NCBI GenBank assembly: GCA_020184695.1
Contig: JAANOX010000280.1
Coordinates: forward strand, 765,592 to 829,591
Reading direction: 5' to 3'
Origin: Histomonas meleagridis 2922-C6/04-290x
Lineage: Eukaryota; Protista; Parabasalia
Length of the DNA stretch: 64,000 bases
The stretch's first letter is position 1. Each line of letters begins with the position of its first letter. The position numbers and the translations under genes are program-made. Under the pieces are notes generated by a model. The model had not been told where the DNA came from. It did no database searches and was given only the letters and a program-made list of their open reading frames with translations. Shown here piece after piece: positions 59,176 to 64,000 of the stretch.

Positions 59176-60597
59176 CTAAATATTTTTCACAACGAAATTA
59201 AGCCATTCATCGAATCGTTTGACGTCTTCTTCAGTGTTTGCCCACCCGACGGACACTCTCAGCGCCCCAACGCTTGATACGTTCACAGTATCAATGTTTT
59301 CTGCAAGTTCTTCTTCGCTAACACCGAGTGCCTTAAAGCACGTTCCTGGTGTTGCATGGCATCCGCCAGCAATTTCTATGTTATTCTTTAACGCCGATTT
59401 TAGGTACCTTTCGAATGGTTTCACTTTATTTTCTGAATCAATAAAATTAAAAGTCAAAATTGAATTTTGATTATTTCCATATAAAACAGTTGCTTTCGTG
59501 CCATCGGTGTTGTTAAGGTTTTCTATTTTCTCCTTAAACAATTTTGTCATATTAGAGATGTGACTTCTTATGTTATCTTCGCCTAACTGCGCTCGAAGAT
59601 CAAAACCGTTAGCAACCGCTACGATGCTTAAAAACGGTAACGAACCGTCCTCAAACCGCTCCGATGGCCTCGTTCTGTACTTTACATAATCGCTGCCAGG
59701 AAGTGCGTAAACAAGTGTTCCGCCACCAAAATAGGGTTTATCCAGAAGAGAGATTAACCTGTTGTTTAAAATAAGTGCGCCAAGCTTGGGGAAGCCAAGT
59801 AACTTTTCAAAGCTGATTGCAATTGCAGAAAATGGAGTTTCGGTTAAGTTGAGTTTGTTTGTGGCTAAATAAAGTGAAGCATCAACAAGAGAAAATACAT
59901 TTTGATTGGAAGCACTGAGCTTTAAAACAGCATCAACTTGTTCCTTAGTAACTACGGTTCCATCAAATTGGTCAACAAGTGGAAATGTAATTAAATGAAA
60001 AGATTTGTTGTCAAATTCTGGGACTTTAAAATCATTAAAATCAAACACCTGAAGGTGGGACTTGCCATGGAGCCCTCTTAAGCCAAGGATGTTATAATTG
60101 CTTGATTTACTATAGAGGAATTGTGATGTATCATTGAACTCGAAGGCTTCTATAAATGTTTTAATGGCTTGCCCTTCATTTTGTGTGAACACAACTGTGT
60201 AATTGGTAAGCGTCGTTCCAAAATATTTGGTTAAAAAGTATCTTAAGCTATTAACAGCTTCTGTTGAATTTTCGGAGCTTGGTGATTCAGAATGTGTATT
60301 TCCAAATAGGTTAGATTTGAGTGTTGCTGAAAAGTTGTTGATTTGAGAATCAGCATACAAACCTGATGTCGCATAATCAAGGAAAGTAACAGACTTCTTT
60401 CGATATAGATTATAAAGGCGATGGTCTTGGATCATCTGAGAATAGCTTAATCCATTTAATGCTTCGAGATTAATAGAGATTTGATAAGGCTTTGTTTCTG
60501 GCACTGGGCAATAAAACGTTCCAAAGATAATTAAAAATATAAGAGAAAACATTAAAAGTCCAACAAGGAGGTTAATAATAGAGAAATTACGAACCAT
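59176..60597 (-). CDS. PLP-dependent class-V aminotransferase, molybdenum-cofactor-sulfurase-like, with N-terminal signal anchor and no MOSC domain
   Basis: FLDYATSG, FGNTHS, VDASLY, SFEKLLGFPKLGAL, GGGT, RFEDGSLPF, GCHATPGTC, GALRVSVG. Confidence 0.8.
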   Translation of the reverse strand: MVRNFSIINLLVGLLMFSLIFLIIFGTFYCPVPETKPYQISINLEALNGLSYSQMIQDHRLYNLYRKKSVTFLDYATSGLYADSQINNFSATLKSNLFGNTHSESPSSENSTEAVNSLRYFLTKYFGTTLTNYTVVFTQNEGQAIKTFIEAFEFNDTSQFLYSKSSNYNILGLRGLHGKSHLQVFDFNDFKVPEFDNKSFHLITFPLVDQFDGTVVTKEQVDAVLKLSASNQNVFSLVDASLYLATNKLNLTETPFSAIAISFEKLLGFPKLGALILNNRLISLLDKPYFGGGTLVYALPGSDYVKYRTRPSERFEDGSLPFLSIVAVANGFDLRAQLGEDNIRSHISNMTKLFKEKIENLNNTDGTKATVLYGNNQNSILTFNFIDSENKVKPFERYLKSALKNNIEIAGGCHATPGTCFKALGVSEEELAENIDTVNVSSVGALRVSVGWANTEEDVKRFDEWLNFVVKNI

Positions 60598-60930
60598 TCC
60601 ACCAGGTGAAAAAGTGACGTTCTACCTGATTTTAAACGTTCTCGAAAATCTTGATTTTGTTGAAATTCTTTTCGAGTTTTATATTTATCTATTTTTCCAT
60701 TTTTCAACTTTAACACATGTATTCATTATATTATTTAAAAGTGTCTTTATAATGATTTAAAGTCGTTTCTTTAATTTACATTTTCAAATATTCAAAGAAA
60801 TGTTTCAAAATTAAATAGAAAAACTACAATTAAACAACAAGTTTTTTAAAGTTTAACCGTGAGATTTTAACCTTTTGAGACGGCCGATGTTTATTTAGTG
60901 AAGGTCTTAAAATATATTGCAAGTTGAAAC

Positions 60931-62506
60931 ATGAAAATCCTTCATTTGTTCATCATTTTAGATACAGTTGAACGTTTTAAAGACGATACAAATCTTATTA
61001 CACCTTCTGTCTATTCAAGAAGAAATGTTCCAAATACGAACCCACGAAAACAAGGAAGGAATGACTTACAAATATGATAGGGAAGTATCAATTAATGAAA
61101 TTATGAACAAAAAATTCAAAAGATTTCATAATAATTATAATTTTTTGATAAACAAAATATTTTTAAATTTGACACAAAACATTGAATATACAACAATTGT
61201 ACGTCAAGATTTTAATAACAAACAAAAATTTCGAAGAACATATTTTTCAAAAAAAAAAAAAAAAGACTTCGAAATTGATATATTTGACAAAGATATCACA
61301 TTTGAGGAAACGTTACACAAATATTATGAAGATATATCTTCTCTAAAAGGCGAATTTTCACGTTTTTTTATGATGCTAAACGATAACGAAGAAGGGCCAA
61401 ACGTTTTGAATGATTTACTTCATTTAACTGTCATTTTTTCAATTATATTTTCGGTTATTTATATCAAATTTTATCAGAAAAACACGGTTTCCGTTCAGAA
61501 AATATTGACGACCAAATATATATTGAAAGTAAAAGAAAAGAAAAAAATTGAAACTATTTTTGTATTTGTTCTGTTTTTTGCAAATTCATTGCAAATATTT
61601 AACTATGATAATTCAACACTTTCAATCATGAATTCAAATGAATTTGAAGATATTGATAAATATCAAAACATAACAAAATGTATAATTATCAGTGAAAATA
61701 TTTATTCAATTCCAAACAGTGTATTTTCAGAATGGCCTTCAGTTGTTTCAGTTAATTTTGGTAACTCAGTCACAAATATTGGAATTAATGTGTTTTTTTC
61801 ATGTTTTAATTTAGAAACGATTATATTTGGAGGAAATGTTACAACAATTGGTGGTTCATCATTTTCATTGTGTTCATCAATCAAAAACATTACAATTCCA
61901 AATTCAGTTACAACAATTGGAAATTCAGCATTTGCATTATGTTCTAATTTAAGGATATTAACACTTGGAAATGGAATAATAGAAATTGGAGGTTCAGCAT
62001 TTGGGAATTGTTATAATCTTGAATGCATTTATTATTATGGAGATAAAGAACCAAAAATTGGTGAAGGTGCATTTTATAATGTTTCAACAAGTGTTATCAC
62101 ATATTCAACATATGTAGAGGATCATTTTGGACAATTAGATGTTGTTAGCGAATCCGAAAAACGAAAACATTTTCATTATATATAAATAATTCAACATTTT
62201 CATATATTGAAACAGAATTTATTTATTACAGTTACACAATTGTTATTTATTCGACTTATTATAATTATTATTCCAATTTCTTTACAATGTTTTACACTTC
62301 GAATGAAAATTCGCCAAATGGAATTACGACGAATGCTTTGATTGGAATTATTTGCGGATCATTTGCATTTGTTTTGGTCATTGTTGGAATTGTTATATTT
62401 TTAGTGAGAAGTAATAATAAGAAAGAAAAATGACAAAAGCAAAATCGAAGAAGTAAATAGTTTAGTTGAAGATATTGTGAAAGAAGATGAAGACAATTGG
62501 TTATGA
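60931..62506 (+). pseudogene. Decayed chimeric BspA copy (unknown N-terminal region, LRR, NWL-type tail) with internal deletions
   Basis: 1-nt insertion near 61011, ~180-nt stalk deletion at about 62155 with frameshift, further small indels and a deletion in the tail near 62430. Confidence 0.8.
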
Positions 62507-62749
62507 ATAAAACTATATAATAAAATTTTTTAAATTTAATTTTTATAAACGAATATAAAATTATTTTGTTGTAAAAATACCGAATCCAAGTAAGGCACAT
62601 TACATTGTGTTGAACACTAATCAATAAATTTGATTGATTAGATGCCTCATATACCTCCTTAATGATAAATTTAGTAGAAGTAATAGTGGGAATCCCACAC
62701 AATGATCATTATTGTAATTATTTTTAATTATCAAATTATTAAAATAAAT

Positions 62750-63000
62750 ATTTTGAATGATTTTTGATTCAAATAAATTATACTTAATCATATGTTTAAG
62801 TAAATGAAATGATTTTTGTGTGTTTTCTTTTAGTGAAAATTGAGAAATAAATTTATTCTTTTCTTCATATTTTTCAATTTCTTCTAATTCCCAAATATTA
62901 TTTTGAATTACCAATTCATTAAAACAAATCATAATTGATATATAAACATCAGCACATATTTTGTTATTTTTCAAACAAAACATTAATGAAAGTAATGAAA
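62750..63000 (-). pseudogene. Second relic of the DUF3447-ankyrin N-terminal region
   Basis: ADVYIS and ISQFSLKENTQKSFHLLKHMIKYNLFESKII resemble AQVYIS and FSQFLLRIKSKESIYLLEKMLENKLIDPELI of the 25164 protein. Confidence 0.5.
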
Positions 63001-64000
63001 TGTCTATTTAAGTTATTCTAATTTATTATTACCAATGACAAGATATTTTCATGTCACCAACTTGCTGCTGATAATATTACATGGAATTTATGTGAATAGG
63101 AAAGAAGATATAAACGGTATGCATTCAAATACTATCGTTCTCATAAGAAATCCACACAATTCCTCTATCGTTGTTTCGAAGGTCATATAAAATATTCAAA
63201 ATCCATATAGTTCTTTATATTTCCTGCGTTTCTCTATTCAAGATTTCAGCATTCTTAAATGCTTTGCTTCAATTCAAGAATCAAAATAGCGGGAAGGTGC
63301 CTGATTTTACAATTTCTGCTGAAGGAAGTTGTGTGGTTGGACATCATTTGGATCCATCAGCGACCAGGTCAAGTTTCGCATATATGAAACTCGAAATGTT
63401 CAAAATCAGCATTAGCTGGAAGTTGTGTGCAGTCGGCCCAAACCGAAAAGCTAGAGCAATTCTAGCTGAAGCACTTGTGGACGAGCCACGATTAAGTGTT
63501 GCGATGTGTTGATAATATTTTTAACATTTCCATCCTCACAACAACTCTCTGAATTTATGTTGACTCGTCTTATGAAACATTATCTGTTCAAGCTTATGAT
63601 TCTGACTCATAACATTTTCAGCAGACTATTAGAAGGACTTGACATTTAAATGGTCTCCTTGACAGCACCCACCTTAAATCGGTTTCAGCCGATGAAGTTG
63701 TTCTTCCAGGAATAACCACCAAATCTTCATCATTAATTGGATCCAGAAACAAAAGTTGGTCAAACATGGGTCTCAGTTGAGCTTCTACATTTATATTCTC
63801 AGTTGATTTTGTTGTTGAACCTAGTTGCATTATCTCACCAATGATCGTATTCTCATATTCCGAAGTTCATTTTCAACTTTGTTCCACTGTGGTAATTTAC
63901 TAGCTGGGGGAGGTTCTGAGCTACGTGTGTTTGAACCCACTTCCATCTAATCGGCTGATAAAAATCATCAGACCCTTCAATTCTCGAAATGAATCCAAAG

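Noticed and set aside
63200-63360. Several TGA codons in one minus-strand frame suggesting a TGA=Trp foreign code
   Set aside because: TAA and TAG stops also occur in neighbouring frames, no homology is recognised, and ordinary decay explains it.

Overview
AT-rich eukaryotic genomic DNA, not prokaryotic. The gene content (BspA-type LRR surface proteins, DUF3447-type ankyrin proteins, intron-less housekeeping genes, Inr-like TCATTTT and M3-like AAC[C/G]GT motifs close to ATGs) points to a parabasalid protist (Histomonas/Tritrichomonas/Trichomonas-like; this is inference). The window holds about 25 housekeeping or hypothetical genes, including CDC5, V-ATPase B, SCYL kinase, SNF2 ATPase, rhomboid, actin, cyclophilin, NudC, macrodomain, Nup93, TRIC, CAMK kinase, eIF4A, PIAS-like, SLC35F and MOCOS-like. 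It also holds one tRNA-Ser(TGA), a decayed pogo-like DNA transposon with 49-bp TIRs and TA flanks, seven BspA copies with repeat expansion, tail swapping and N-terminal fusion, and several segmental duplications. Many single-base frameshifts lie in homopolymers and are probably assembly errors. The standout is the ankyrin gene at 25164-27806. Its nine intact ankyrin cores are each preceded by a 55-81 nt U-rich, frame-breaking or stop-containing spacer at the same loop position. The last five cores are phased at exactly 170 nt, the spacers carry two position-fixed motifs, and there are no usable GT-AG or parabasalid ACTAAC intron signals. This is a candidate non-canonical splicing or translational-bypass system.
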